In this document: piece after piece, positions 27,938-39,798 of the stretch
Position numbering within the stretch: position 1 is the stretch's first letter
Layout of the letters: each line of letters begins with the position of its first letter
DNA from: Octopus vulgaris
Lineage: Eukaryota
DNA length: 64,000 bases
Assembly (NCBI GenBank): GCA_951406725.2
Contig: OX597818.1
Span: 32,116,001-32,180,000, forward strand
Direction of reading: 5' to 3'
Notes under the pieces: model-generated
The model's database searches: none
Told to the model about the DNA's origin: nothing
Seen by the model: the letters and a program-made list of their open reading frames with translations, nothing else
Translations under genes and position numbers: made by a program

Positions 27938-28109
27938 GTATACGTATATACGACGGGCTTCTTTCAGTTTCCGTCTACCAAATCCCCTCACAAGGCTTTG
28001 GTCGGCCCGAAGCTATAGTAGAAGACACTTGTCCATGGTGCCACGCAGTGGGACTGAACTCGGAACCGTGTGGTTGGTAAGCAAGCTACTTAACACACAG
28101 CCACTCCTG
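27683..28109 (-). mobile_element. SINE-A, full length
   Basis: Homology to 268-686. Confidence 0.9.
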
Positions 28110-29522
28110 GTCAACAAGGATAATGATACTTCAACTGATAAATTCCAGTACCGCCTCCCACGACAAAAAGATATTTTGACCACATATCCTCTTTCTCCGC
28201 CTTTGAGGTGACAATTTTTAAACAATTAAGACCGTGGAAATTAAATACAATTCGTAATTAATTTCTTTCCTTACAGTCCTTTCCTCATGGTAAGCACTAA
28301 ACTAACGAAGTCATTATGAAGTCATTTCAAAACTAGAAATAACAGCCAAATTACTCTGAAATCATTCTACACACTCTTAAAAGGAAATGGACGTATTTTG
28401 ATGCATTGTTTGAATAAAGACCCGGGAAGGTAACGATTGGAATGTCTTTCATCGTAATTCTGTTCAATCAGAACTACATTGGTGTTAAAGAATAAAAATA
28501 AACACGCCCAAAAATATTTTTAAAGGAAAATAATAGTGATAACAACAATACCACACAAAGACCGCATGAAAAGCAGCAATGGAACCAAGACTAGCCACAG
28601 TAATAACAACAAGCAACAACAATGTCAATTGGAACAATAACAGTGACAGTAATAGCAGCGCCGCGAGACACACTTTTGTCAGAATTGCTAGTAATAAATA
28701 GTACAGAGAATCAGTTGGAAAAGAAAGTCTGAGACAGTGAATGAGGTCAAAATTTAGGTCACTGACTAAGCGTTGTCACCTCACAGTGGGAAGAGAGGTG
28801 GGGTGGAGTGCGAGGCAAGAAGGAGGAGGAGGAGGAGGAGGTTGAACTGGTGTAAATGAAGGACAACTATTTTCCGGTGCATTCAGAAGATTTCGAAAAT
28901 AGCAGAAAAACTTCACCCACGATTAAGCAGAAACAAATGCCTAAATGCCTCAAAGAAAGATTATAAGGAGGAAAGAGAGGACATTTCTTTTTTTAATAGG
29001 AAAAGATGCTTTGGTAATGGTGGTGATGATAGTGGTGATGATGACGGTGGTAGTGGTTTGAGGAGGAAGTATTTAGTAGATAATTGGAAGCTATTAATAT
29101 TTCATTTCTCCCGTAACTGAAGAAGTCCCTTCCTGTTGGTCCTGGACCTTATGAGTTAGACGACATATTGGATAGTGGCCGCTAAATTGGAGAATTATAA
29201 GGAGTTTATATCTCCGAGGCATTTCACCAGTGTGCGTGTGTATGAGTGTATGTATGTGTAAGTGTGTGTGTGTGTGTGTGTATGTGTGTGTGTGCGCGCG
29301 TGTGTGTGCGCGCGTGTGTGTGCGTGTGCTTGTGTGGCTCTGTGTGTGTTGTTGTTGTTGCATGCTAAGGATCTAGTCTTTCTCTTTCGCAGAATGAGCT
29401 CCACTTAATCTTGCTCAGATTGCTTTCAATTTTGCTGCATCGATCAACCAATTACTCTATCTCGCAAATTAAAGAATCTGATGTTATTTGGAATTAAAGT
29501 TGGGTGAAATTTGGGTAATCTT

Positions 29523-29570
29523 AGCCAATCAACAAACAACGTGGCATTAGCAGCTGGTTACCATGACAAC
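29523..29570. promoter_or_regulatory. candidate CCAAT box + E-box + RFX X-box module
   Basis: AGCCAATCA 29523-29531, CAGCTG 29551-29556, GTTACCATGACAAC 29557-29570 (reverse complement fits GTHNYYATRRNAAC), in sequence not repeated within the window. Confidence 0.4.
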
Positions 29571-30215
29571 CGCACGCTGTGTTGAGGTTCACTGTTGTTT
29601 GTGCCGCTGTTGTCAATGTTGATTTTTCACACTTGATTCTTCACACCACGAGATTCTTTTTGCCCGCGTGTATTGTTTTAATTTTTCTGTATGTTAGTAT
29701 ATTACATATTTTTCTGTGCTTCTTTGTGTTAGCATGTTTCTGTGCCTTTTTCTGTACCATAATATTTTTCTGTGCCTTTTTCTGTGTTAATATTTTTACA
29801 TATTTTTTTCATTTCATATATTTTTGGGACTCATTGACTCAGATAGCTGGATTTATGATTTCACAAGGTTTAATTCTGTTCATAAAAATTCAAATTAAGA
29901 GTATTTCTTAAACCGTTAGCTTCACATTTCAACAGCTTAACTGAAATTTAACATACGTAACAGGAACTGAGAGGAATATCGTAGAACAGAGAAACTGGGT
30001 GATACAGATAATTTGACATCTTTAAAACAATTTTGCATGCAAAAACGTATAAGATACAGGTTTTCTTTTCCTTGGGACAAATTCTATGTTGACTAGAGTT
30101 ATTCTTATCGTAGTTTACAAATCAAAGCATAGAAAAGTTACTCAAATTTGGAATTTTGGACACATCTTCATGATAGTGAACTGAACTACTGATTCATGAT
30201 AGTGAACTTGCTGTA

Positions 30216-30315
30216 CTAGGCCTGATCAATATATATCCAGACTGTTGCCATAGTAACGAAGCTAAAGCACGCAGAGTAAAGTCGCTTGGCAAAGATTGAC
30301 CTTGACCTCCGCTGT
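30216..30315 (+). mobile_element. mariner 5' terminal fragment (family of 38185-38479)
   Basis: TA then ctaggcctgatcaatatatatccagactgttgccatag, matching the reverse complement of 38380-38479. Confidence 0.75.
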
Positions 30316-30750
30316 AATTTGCCCAATACAGTACTTTGCACAATGCAGTATCATTTATACTAATGTGCACGTACCTGTATTTCATTTTTTTATATAAATA
30401 AATTTAATATTTAATCTAAAATGTGTTTGACCAAAACTCGGTGATCTGGAATGTATTTGTAGTCACAGATTTTGGAAAATTGATGTTGTACCCGACGAAG
30501 AATCCATATCACATAGAATAAGATTTGTCCAATAAAGCTATTCCTATATCATATGCAAGCAGTGGTCTTTATGAAAATAAATATTATAAATAAATATTAT
30601 AAATAAATATTTAAAGTCCATGTTACTATTAATCCAACTTTCTGATTTTTTTTTTGATAACGTCATGAAGTAGAAACTCACATAAGCATTATGGTCACAT
30701 GATGTAAGTAAACTCATCTAAATACGAAAATCGAGATATATTCTTATGCT

Positions 30751-30983
30751 AAAGGCGGCGAGCTGGCAGAAACGTTAGCACGCCGGGCGAAATGCGTAGC
30801 CGCATTTCGTCTGCCGTTACGTTCTGAGTTCAAATTTCGCCAAGGTCGACTTTGCCTTTCATCCTTTCGGGGTCGATTAAAGAAGTACCAGTTACGCACT
30901 GGGGTCGATATAATCGACTTAATCCGTTTTTCTGTACTTGTTTGTCCCCTCTGTGCGTAGCCCCTTGTGGGTAGTAAAGAAAT
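30751..30983 (+). mobile_element. SINE-B monomer with 17 bp TSD
   Basis: agatat(a/t)ttcttatgct at 30734-30750 and 30984-31000. Confidence 0.9.
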
Positions 30984-31204
30984 AGATATTTTCTTATGCT
31001 TTACAGATTCCGCCAGTAGCAGGAGTAGCAGAAGCAGGAGGAGGAGGAGGAAGAAGAAGAGGAGGAGGAGGAGGGGAGGAAGAAGAAGAAGAAGAGTAGG
31101 AGGAAGAAGAGTAGGAGGAGGAAGAGTAAGAGATGGAGGAAGAGTAGGAGGAGAAGAGGTGTAGTAGTAGTATCGAAATTTCTTGAAAGCACAAGTAGAA
31201 AGTG

Positions 31205-31247
<43 letters not shown>

Positions 31248-31805
31248 GTAGGTAGTAAATTTTTGCTAGGACATCATATAATATCATCTGACAGCGGTAA
31301 AAACTGAAAATATTAGTTACTTTTATATTTTTGTAAGAAGAAACATTCAGGCTATACTAAGTAATCAAACTTAGCGAAGTAATAATGTTCATCCATCCAT
31401 ATTAGTGGCATAAAAGAGAAGAAAAACCTGATCTATAAAATGAAAAGGGTGCCAGATCTCCAGGCTCAAATTTCGTGTTCATTCCATCATTATTTTTGTG
31501 AAGCAGAGCATGTTGGGATATCTTCAAATGGATTAGATAGCTAAGGTGGATAAATCTGAACTAAAGCGTATTGTACATCTAGAATAAAGACTTTGGGGGT
31601 TGATTCGAGATTTTGTTATTTGAAATAGGAGAAAGAAATAATAAGGTAAAAAGTAATTATCATATTACTGACACCTTTTTTTTTTGTTTGTTGCTTTGCC
31701 ACAGACAGTCAAGCGCGCACACATAGAGGTAAATGAGCGTGAGTATGTGTATGTGTGCGTGTGAGTGTAAACATTTTTATAATAGACAAGCATACATACA
31801 CATAT

Positions 31806-31838
<33 letters not shown>

Positions 31839-31865
31839 ATATTATATATATACATATATATATAT

Positions 31866-32070
31866 TCTTTTACTTGTTTCAGTCATTTGACTGCGGCCAT
31901 GCTGGTGCACGCCTTTAGTCGAAACAATCGACTCCAGAACTTTTTCTTTGAAAGCCTAGTACTTATTCTATCTGCCTCTTTTGCTAAACCAAGAAGTTAC
32001 GGGGACGTAAACACATCAACATCGGTTTTCAAGCGATGGTGGGAGCACAAACACAGACACACACAGAAAT
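31866..32070 (-). mobile_element. SINE-A, 3' half
   Basis: Homology to 268-480. Confidence 0.85.
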
Positions 32071-32087
32071 ATATATATATATATATA

Positions 32088-32270
32088 AGGCGTGACTGTA
32101 TGGTAATAAGCTTGCTTCCTAATCACATGGTTCCGGGTTCAGTCGACCCATTGCGTGGTACCTTCGGCGAGTGTTCTACTACAGCTTCGGGATTTGGTAC
32201 AGGGAAACTGGAAGAATCCCGTGGTATATACATATACATATGCATATACATATACATACATACATACATG

Positions 32271-32350
<80 letters not shown>

Positions 32351-32505
32351 TGTGTGTGTTTGTGCCTGTGTGTGTGTCCCCCAACCATCATTTGACAACC
32401 GATGCTGGTGTGTTTATGTCCCCATAGCTTAGCGGTTCGGCAAAAGAGACCGATAGAATAAGTACTAGGCTTATAAAGAATAAGCTCTGGGGTGGATTTG
32501 TTGAC
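32088..32505 (+). mobile_element. SINE-A
   Basis: Head ggcgtgactgtatggtaa..ggttcagtc; inverted relative to the adjacent copy. Confidence 0.85.
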
Positions 32506-32528
32506 AAATAGTCTTTACTTTAAAGAAC

Positions 32529-32909
32529 TGTTACTGAATATATCTCTTTGAGAGATATAGAAATAATAATGCTTCTATTTATTAGATCAGTAACAGTGTG
32601 TCACTTTGAAAACTATATTTTCGAACAGGGATTCAGCAACGCCACTTAGCCAAGCTTCTTTACTGTGTTGATAAAAGGCAATAATCTAGAAACTGGTCCA
32701 CAGATGTTGCTTAGTGCTGGATGAGGGTACTGGCCGCCCTGTTGCAAAATATAAGGACACAGGTATTGTGTCGTATAGACAGCTAGAAACGATGTTTCCT
32801 GGAGCTAATCAACAGTAACAATCGTCCCTCCTAGGACAGCCACATTATGTTGGCAAATAGCCTTGTTACCGAATATCTCTGAGAGACTTGGAAATAATAA
32901 TGTTTCTAT
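32529..32909 (+). mobile_element. ~335-nt unit with terminal direct repeat and a decayed HHR
   Basis: Direct repeats 32529-32578 and 32864-32909; ctgtg TTGATAA a ag..ct a GAAAC TG GTC cacag at 32663-32703. Confidence 0.55.
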
Positions 32910-33041
32910 ATATAAATATTATATATCTTCTAATACATGATAATATAATATTCGTGTATAATGTATAATATATAATTCACATATATGTATATTGTATGCA
33001 CTTGCATATATGTGTTATGTTGTGGATACATACATATATAA

Positions 33042-33101
<60 letters not shown>

Positions 33102-33110
33102 AGCACCTAT

Positions 33111-33164
<54 letters not shown>

Positions 33165-33165
33165 T

Positions 33166-33571
33166 TACTAATCAGCAGCAAAAATATTCAGAATTGAATA
33201 TTTATAGAGATATTAATATTGTTATTATTATCGAAGTTAATAGAAATAGTTTATAATAACAACGATATTAATATAGGTGATTACAGACCTAAATCAGCAT
33301 TATATAGCTATAGAATTAAAATTATATTAATCAAAGGACACACTGAAGTGTCTATCCACCAGAAATAAGAGTTGAAACCCTCATTTGGACCGACCACCCA
33401 ACATTTCACTGAAAATAACAGATACAATTCTATACGGGCGAGCGAAACGAAAAAAGATCTCTCACATATTATTATAACATAAAGTTATATATTTAATGGA
33501 ACAGGTATATGTGTGGACCGGGTTTCTGATTTGACACAAATTTCTTACCTTCTTTTGCGCATCTTAACCTT
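33166..33571 (-). mobile_element. HHR-bearing unit, permutation 1
   Basis: Reverse complement of 33784-34034 followed directly by 33597-33726 sequence; decayed HHR at 33511-33562. Confidence 0.75.
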
Positions 33572-33596
33572 TAGAAACATCCTTTCAGTCCTCCAA

Positions 33597-34033
33597 CCTT
33601 TCATTAATATAATTTTTATTCTATAGCTATATAACGCTGATTTAGGCCTGCAAACACCTTTATTAATATCGTTGTTATTATGGACTATTTTTATTGACTT
33701 CGGAATATTTTTGCTGCTGATTAGTATTTTCACACCGAGGCTACCCACATTTTGGCGCTAAGATTTCAAGGTGACGGATTATGAGGTTAAGATGTGCTGA
33801 GACAGGTAAGAACTTTGTGTCAAACCAGAAACTGGTCCACATATATACCTGTTCCCTGAAATATTATAGATTTATGCTATAATGGTATGTGAGCGATCTT
33901 TTTTAAGGTTCGCTCGCCCGTATAGTGTTGTATCTGTTATTTTCAGGGTAATTTTTGGTGTAGGTTTTAGTGGTCCAAATGAGGTTTTAACTCTGATTTC
34001 TTGCGGGTAGACACTTCAGTGTGTCCTTTGATT

Positions 34034-34034
<1 letters not shown>
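33597..34034 (+). mobile_element. HHR-bearing ~428-nt monomer, permutation 2
   Basis: Begins cctttcatta and ends cctttgatta; atgtg CTGAGAC a ggt..acc a GAAAC TG GTC cacat at 33792-33842. Confidence 0.75.
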
Positions 34035-34075
<41 letters not shown>

Positions 34076-34606
34076 TATATATATATTTTCACACACACGC
34101 ACACATACACATAAAGCACACGCGCGCGATTCTATGTCTTATTTATATGTTTTTTTGTTATTCTCCGACGACTTTAGTATCCTTTTGCAGTTATGGATTT
34201 ATCCCACTATTGGCATCTTTTTTCTGGTGGAATTGTCACTTGCCAAAAATAAAAAAAAAAAAGGACAACAAAAATTCTAGAATCACCATGTGACTGTAAT
34301 ATATAACACTTATGTGAGTTTCTGCTTCATGACGTTAACAAAAAACAAAAAAAAATCATGAAGCTGGAGTAAAACTAACATAGACTTCAAATATTTATTC
34401 ATAATATTTATCTTCATAAAGACTACTGCTTCCATATGATATAGGAATAGCTTTATTGGACAAATCTTATTTATTTTGTTGTCATTTAGACGTCTTCGGC
34501 ATAAAATATTGGGTGGATTTTACCGACTCTAGTTGCATACTTCCTCATTCTTAGGCAATGCTGTTGTTTTAGAAATTATTATCGTAATTTTTACTACTAC
34601 CTACAG

Positions 34607-34815
34607 TGTGGCGAGCTGGCGAATTTGGTATCACGCCGAACGGGAAATGTTTATCGCCATATCTTTCAGCTTTTACCCGTTCTAAGTTAAAATTTTGTCG
34701 AGGTCGACTTTGCTCTTCATCCTTGCAGGCTCGATAAAATAAGTACTATCTGAGCACTAAAGCCAATGTAATTGATTTCTTCCTCCCTTCAAAATATCTA
34801 TCCTTTTGCCAAAAG
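34607..34815 (+). mobile_element. old SINE-B with a mariner inserted in its tail
   Basis: ggcgagctggc head and SINE-B domain. Confidence 0.75.
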
Positions 34816-34817
34816 TA

Positions 34818-35382
34818 TTGGGTTGTCCGGAAAGTTCGTGCCGATTTATAGTAGCTTACATTTCGACTTATTTTAGAACATGGTTGAGTCTATGAAATAG
34901 GATTTGACTACACCTCCATTTAGAGCACAGTTTAAGCTATCTTTTCGTGGAAGAATTTTTATGTTCCTATGACCTGTGTTAATTCTGTAACTCTTTAAAA
35001 TGGAAGATAAGAAAGTTCATTTTCGGCACTTGATGCTTTGGGAACCAGACAAAAATTGCTGCAGCTCAGCTGGGATGTGTTACCCCACCCTCCATATTCA
35101 CCAGATGTTGCCATTTCGGATTTCCCTTATACACGTCTCTGCAGAATAGTGTTAATGGTAAAAATATCAGTTCCTTGGATGACGTAAAAAGATACCTTGA
35201 TGAATTCTTTGCCATGAAACCACCTCAATTCTGGGAAGAGGGTATTTTCAAGTTAAAGGAAAGATGGAGACGCATTGTGCAACAAAAGGGTTCATATTTG
35301 GTTGATTAAAAATGTAATGGCAAGTACTTATTGACCTTTTTCTTTCCTTTAAAAATCGGCACGAACTTTCCGGACAGCCCAA
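34818..35382 (+). mobile_element. internally deleted mariner (565 bp)
   Basis: ~30 bp TIRs ttgggttgtccggaaagttcgtgccgattt / aaatcggcacgaactttccggacagcccaa, TA on both sides; MEDKKVHFRHLMLWE joined out of frame to WDVLPHPPYSPDVA...GIFKLKERWRRIVQQKGSY. Confidence 0.95.
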
Positions 35383-35859
35383 TAAAAAGAATTATAGCTG
35401 ATATCGATGGCAGTTTTACACTGGCTTAACGTTTTGAAATATTGCCGCTTCAAATACGTCTTTTACCAAAATAGAGCCGTTAATAGTTAGTATGAGCCAA
35501 GTAAAATATGTAAAATCCGTGTAGACGTATGCTAAATTTAATGAGGCTCATTATCATAGCACCTTAGAACGCAGATGAGAGGTGGTATTTTCCCTTAGCA
35601 GTAAGGACAAACCTGAATTTGGAGGTTTCCTTCATGCGGTCAATATGACTGTTTTTCTATTATGACTTCTCATTCCATTTTTTTGTTTTTGTTTCCCGTT
35701 CCCGTTTATTCATTTACCTAAATATTTATTTATATTTGATAATCGATTGTCTGATTCTCACCCTTCCATAAGATTTTTGTAACTTGTTCTGGCTATGTGC
35801 CCTGGTCAGACGCTCTTGTGGCAAATAAACAAAGATCATTATTACAACTTAGAGAGAGA

Positions 35860-36330
35860 TTGTAAGCTGGCAGACTTAGTAGCACATCGGCCAAAATACT
35901 TAGCGGCATTTCGTTCGTCTTATCTTCTGGCTTCAAATTACGTCATAGTCAACTTTTCCTTTCATTCTTTCGGGGTCGATGATATAAATACCAGTTGAAT
36001 ACTGGGGTCGTTTTAATCGATCCACCCACTCAAAAAAAAAAAAAAAATAAAATAAAATAAAAAAATTAGGACCCGAACCTGTTGTTGGAAGGATTATTAT
36101 GATCAGGAGAAAAGCTGCAAGCTGGTCGAATCAGTAACACGCCGGCCAAATTGTTTAGTAGTATTTCTTCTGGCTCTTCATGCGCTGAGTTCAAATTCGC
36201 TGAGATCATCTCAGTAATTCATTCTTTTCGGTGATCGATAAAAAAAAAAGAAACTATCAGTCACGTGCTGCGGTCGATGAAATCGACTAATATCCGCCCA
36301 CTAAATTGTTGGTGAATCATTGAACCATTG
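35860..36330 (+). mobile_element. two decayed SINE-B copies
   Basis: Two head-plus-domain matches. Confidence 0.7.
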
Positions 36331-36638
36331 TTATTACTAGAAGAAAAAACGCTCGATTGGTGGTGTTTCATCTTGAATATAATATTTGGTCCAAGACGAC
36401 AAATGGTCAAATAAGTTTACAATACTTAAAGCTGCAAGTGTTATTCTTATGTTGATAAATATGAGGGAGTAAGCTCAGAAAATTACATATAATATGAAAA
36501 AAAAAACGTATTTTGTAAACAGGGCTCACGATATAGATTTAAAAGATTATATTTATGGAAATAGATAAGCACAGGCGTTTAGGCATTTTTAGGGATTTCC
36601 TTTTGTCTACCTGTCTGTCTGTATCTATGTCTGTATCC

Positions 36639-36712
<74 letters not shown>

Positions 36713-36780
36713 CTCCTTCGGATTTCCACTTTCTCTTTTTACTTGTTTCAGTCATTTGAACTGCGGCCATGCTGGAGCAC

Positions 36781-36831
36781 AGGTCTCTGCAGAATAATCT
36801 TAATGGTATAAATTTCAATTCCTTGGATGAC
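36781..36831 (+). mobile_element. 51 bp mariner internal fragment
   Basis: Matches ~35134-35184 (tctctgcagaata..aatggta..ttccttggatgac). Confidence 0.7.
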
Positions 36832-37059
36832 TCTTTATCTTTTATTAAACTTTTAATACTTTTGATATATATTTAAAATAATATAAATTAATTAATTTTA
36901 TGTATTGGCTTATGATTTTCATTGTTTGATTTGCCTAATAGTGGTTTTATCTCTAATTTAATATAATATAATATAATATATTTATACTATAAAATTGGAT
37001 TTAATCCTAAATCTGATTTTTCCCTGTAAGTTTGGATTTATTCCCTAATATTTTATTAT

Positions 37060-37775
37060 ATATATATACATACATACATACATACATACATACATACATA
37101 CATACATACATGTATGTATGTATAAGTGTATGTATTTATATATATATAGATGTACATATATACATGTATGTATGTATAAGTGTATGTATTTATATATATA
37201 TAGATGTACATATATATATGTATATGTGCACATGTATGTATGTGTAAGTGTATGTATTTATATATATATATAGATGTACATATATATATGTATATGTGCA
37301 TATATATGTGTGTATGTATGTATAAGTGTATGTATTTATATATATATAGATGTATTTATATATATATGTATATGTGCATATATATGTGTGTATGTATGTA
37401 TAAGTGTATGTAGTTATATATATATATATATATATATAGATGTATTTATATATATATAGATGTACATATGTATATGTGCATATATATGTGTGTATGTATG
37501 TATGTATAAGTGTATGTATTTATATATATATATAGATGTACATATATATATGTGCATATATATGTGTATGTATGTATAAGTGTATGTATTTACATATATA
37601 TATAGATGTACATATGTATATGTGCATATATGTGTGTATATATGTATGTATAAGTGTATGTATTTATATATATATATATATATATATATAGATGTACATA
37701 TATATATATATATATGTATATGTGCATATATATATGTGTGTATATATGTATATATACATATGTGTCTATATATAT
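37060..37775. repeat. AT/GT-derived compound minisatellite
   Basis: tataagtgtatgtatttatatata..gatgtacat recurring about 10 times. Confidence 0.9.
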
Positions 37776-37879
37776 GTGCCTTGGCAAAGAATCATATTTT
37801 TTCGCAAAATATAAACCTACTTTCAAGTCTTTCAACCAGATAACGCTACTACAAGGGTCTTAGAATAATACCCACGCAT

Positions 37880-38180
37880 ATATTAAAAATGATAGCTGTA
37901 TTGCACCCAAGTGTACGAGTGGTTCAAACGTTTCTAAGAAGGCGATAGTGACGAACGTTCTGGGAGACACGCAACCAGCAGAGCTGAGAAAGACATCGCA
38001 GATGTGTGCGCAGCTGTGAGGGGAAACCGTTGAATCACTATCCATAAGTTGTCAGAGGATGTGCAGATTAGTTACGGTTCAGTTCAGTCCATTATCACTG
38101 AAGATTTGAGTATTAGACGCGTGTCTGCTAAATTTGTGCCAAGACTGCTTTCAGCTGACCAAAGAGACACTGGAGTTGCC
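37880..38180 (+). pseudogene. mariner transposase HTH-region fragment
   Basis: QVYEWFKRF*EG..DERSGR..ISYGSVQSIITEDLSIRRVSAKFVPRLLSADQR. Confidence 0.85.
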
Positions 38181-38184
38181 TTGT

Positions 38185-38479
38185 GATGAAAAGTTTTTGA
38201 AAACTTTGCGTAGGCCTCTGAGCAGGCATCGCCAAGCATTTAGCAAAATTTGAAGTAGATTCTCTACCCAACTTTCTCTGTCATTTTTCAATGCGATGAT
38301 CACTCGCTACACACCTTCCTTCCAAGCACTGCTATAAGCAGCGGAAGTGAGCTAGAACGTTAATACTTAGTGCGCCTGCACAGCGAAGTACAAGGTCAAT
38401 CTGTTCCGAGCGGCGTTATACTGCATGCTTTAGCTTCGTCACTATGGCAACAGTTCGGATACTTATTGATCAGACCACG
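38185..38479 (-). mobile_element. mariner 5' TIR, leader and N-terminus
   Basis: TA|cgtggtctgatcaataagtatccg; MTEKVG*RIYFKFC*MLGDACSEAYAKFQK. Confidence 0.8.
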
Positions 38480-39399
38480 TATAGTAAAGTGTTCAGTAAA
38501 GAAGGACACATTGGGTAATATTGCACACCGTCTGAAAATTAGAAAAGGAATCAATCTTTTAAAAATATGAATAAATAACATGCGGTATCTTTATTGCCGA
38601 AACACCTTTCATCATAGGTCTGACTGACGGGGCTGATCTGGGGATAAAAAGCCATCGATAGGATACACGTTTCCCCCAAAACCCTCTCTCTCTTTTCCTT
38701 CTTTCTCTCTCTCTCTATCTCTTAAAACTATATGACCAGCTGCTTTATTACTCCCTGGACATAACATATGTCTGAAAAACAAGGTCATTCTGAAAATTCT
38801 GACGGAAAGAATGCAATAAATATTTATTCACAAATTGTCAAGCGTGTGTGTATTGTGTATGAATGGGGCTGTGTGCGTGTGTGGGCGTGTGTGTTTAGGA
38901 GAGAGTGGCAGAGACAGAGAGCGAGTGTGTGTGTGTATATGTGTCTGAGAGTGAGTGTGTTGTGTGTGTGTGTAAAGATAAAGAACGTTCTGATGATTAC
39001 CACAGATGTCAGACTTGTAGCTTGACCGTTTCTTTCTGTCTAATTTCTCTCGGTTTCATATTCCTATATATATATAATTGTTCCAATGGGGAAAATACAC
39101 TTCGTCTCAGTTTTGTTTTACTCCTTTATTAAAAACACAGCCAGACAACTAAAACCCACACATAAATACATATAAAGCTTCACTCGCATACATATAGTGA
39201 TTTACATTGTATTCTAGGTGAAATAAACAGTCCCCCAACTATCTTTCTCTCGCACACATTCACACCCAAATACACATTAATGGAATTCAAAATATTTTAT
39301 TCTTCAAATAATGATTCCTTTTGTTTTTAACAATGTAATCCACATGTTCAAAACACATACAATATTCTAATATATCGTGAATATAATTGTGTATATAAA

Positions 39400-39798
39400 C
39401 TAGCAGTATCGCCCGGCGTTGCTCGGGTTTGTAAGGGAAATAACTATATAAGCATTTTTAGAGAGTTATAGCCAAAAAATAGCAAAAAAAAAATGCATTA
39501 AAAATGGAAAAAAAATTATGGTAAATTTTTTTTAAATCGTTGACTCATCGTAGACATTTTTAGAGAGTTACTTCCATTATATAATAGCGAAAAAATGCAT
39601 TAAAATGGAAAAAATGATGGTAAATTTGTTTTTAAATTATAGACTCATCGTAGACGCGCGCTAATACCCAGAAGGGCTCGATATGAATCACGACTATAAG
39701 ATACCCGGTTTTGGTTAAACTGCACCGCAAAATGTGGGAGTAGTTAGGAATCTAAATCGTAGGAGACAGACACACAACTTCTCTTTTATATATAAAGA
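39400..39798 (-). mobile_element. non-autonomous Helitron, second subfamily
   Basis: Same 3' end (acaaacccgagcaacgccgggcgatactgctag), 5' TCTTTATATATAAAAG, A|T target, different interior with a ~105 bp duplication. Confidence 0.85.

Larger units (their letters stand above)
30517..34471. repeat. pair of ~190 bp inverted arms (30517-30704 / 34284-34471); possible foldback element
   Basis: aataagatttgtccaataaagctattcctatatcatatg... versus ...catatgatataggaatagctttattggacaaatcttatt. Confidence 0.7.

Noticed and set aside
33328-34034. Classical MITE interpretation
   Set aside because: Homology extends beyond the apparent TIR to 33166 and is permuted, and the arms contain HHR motifs.
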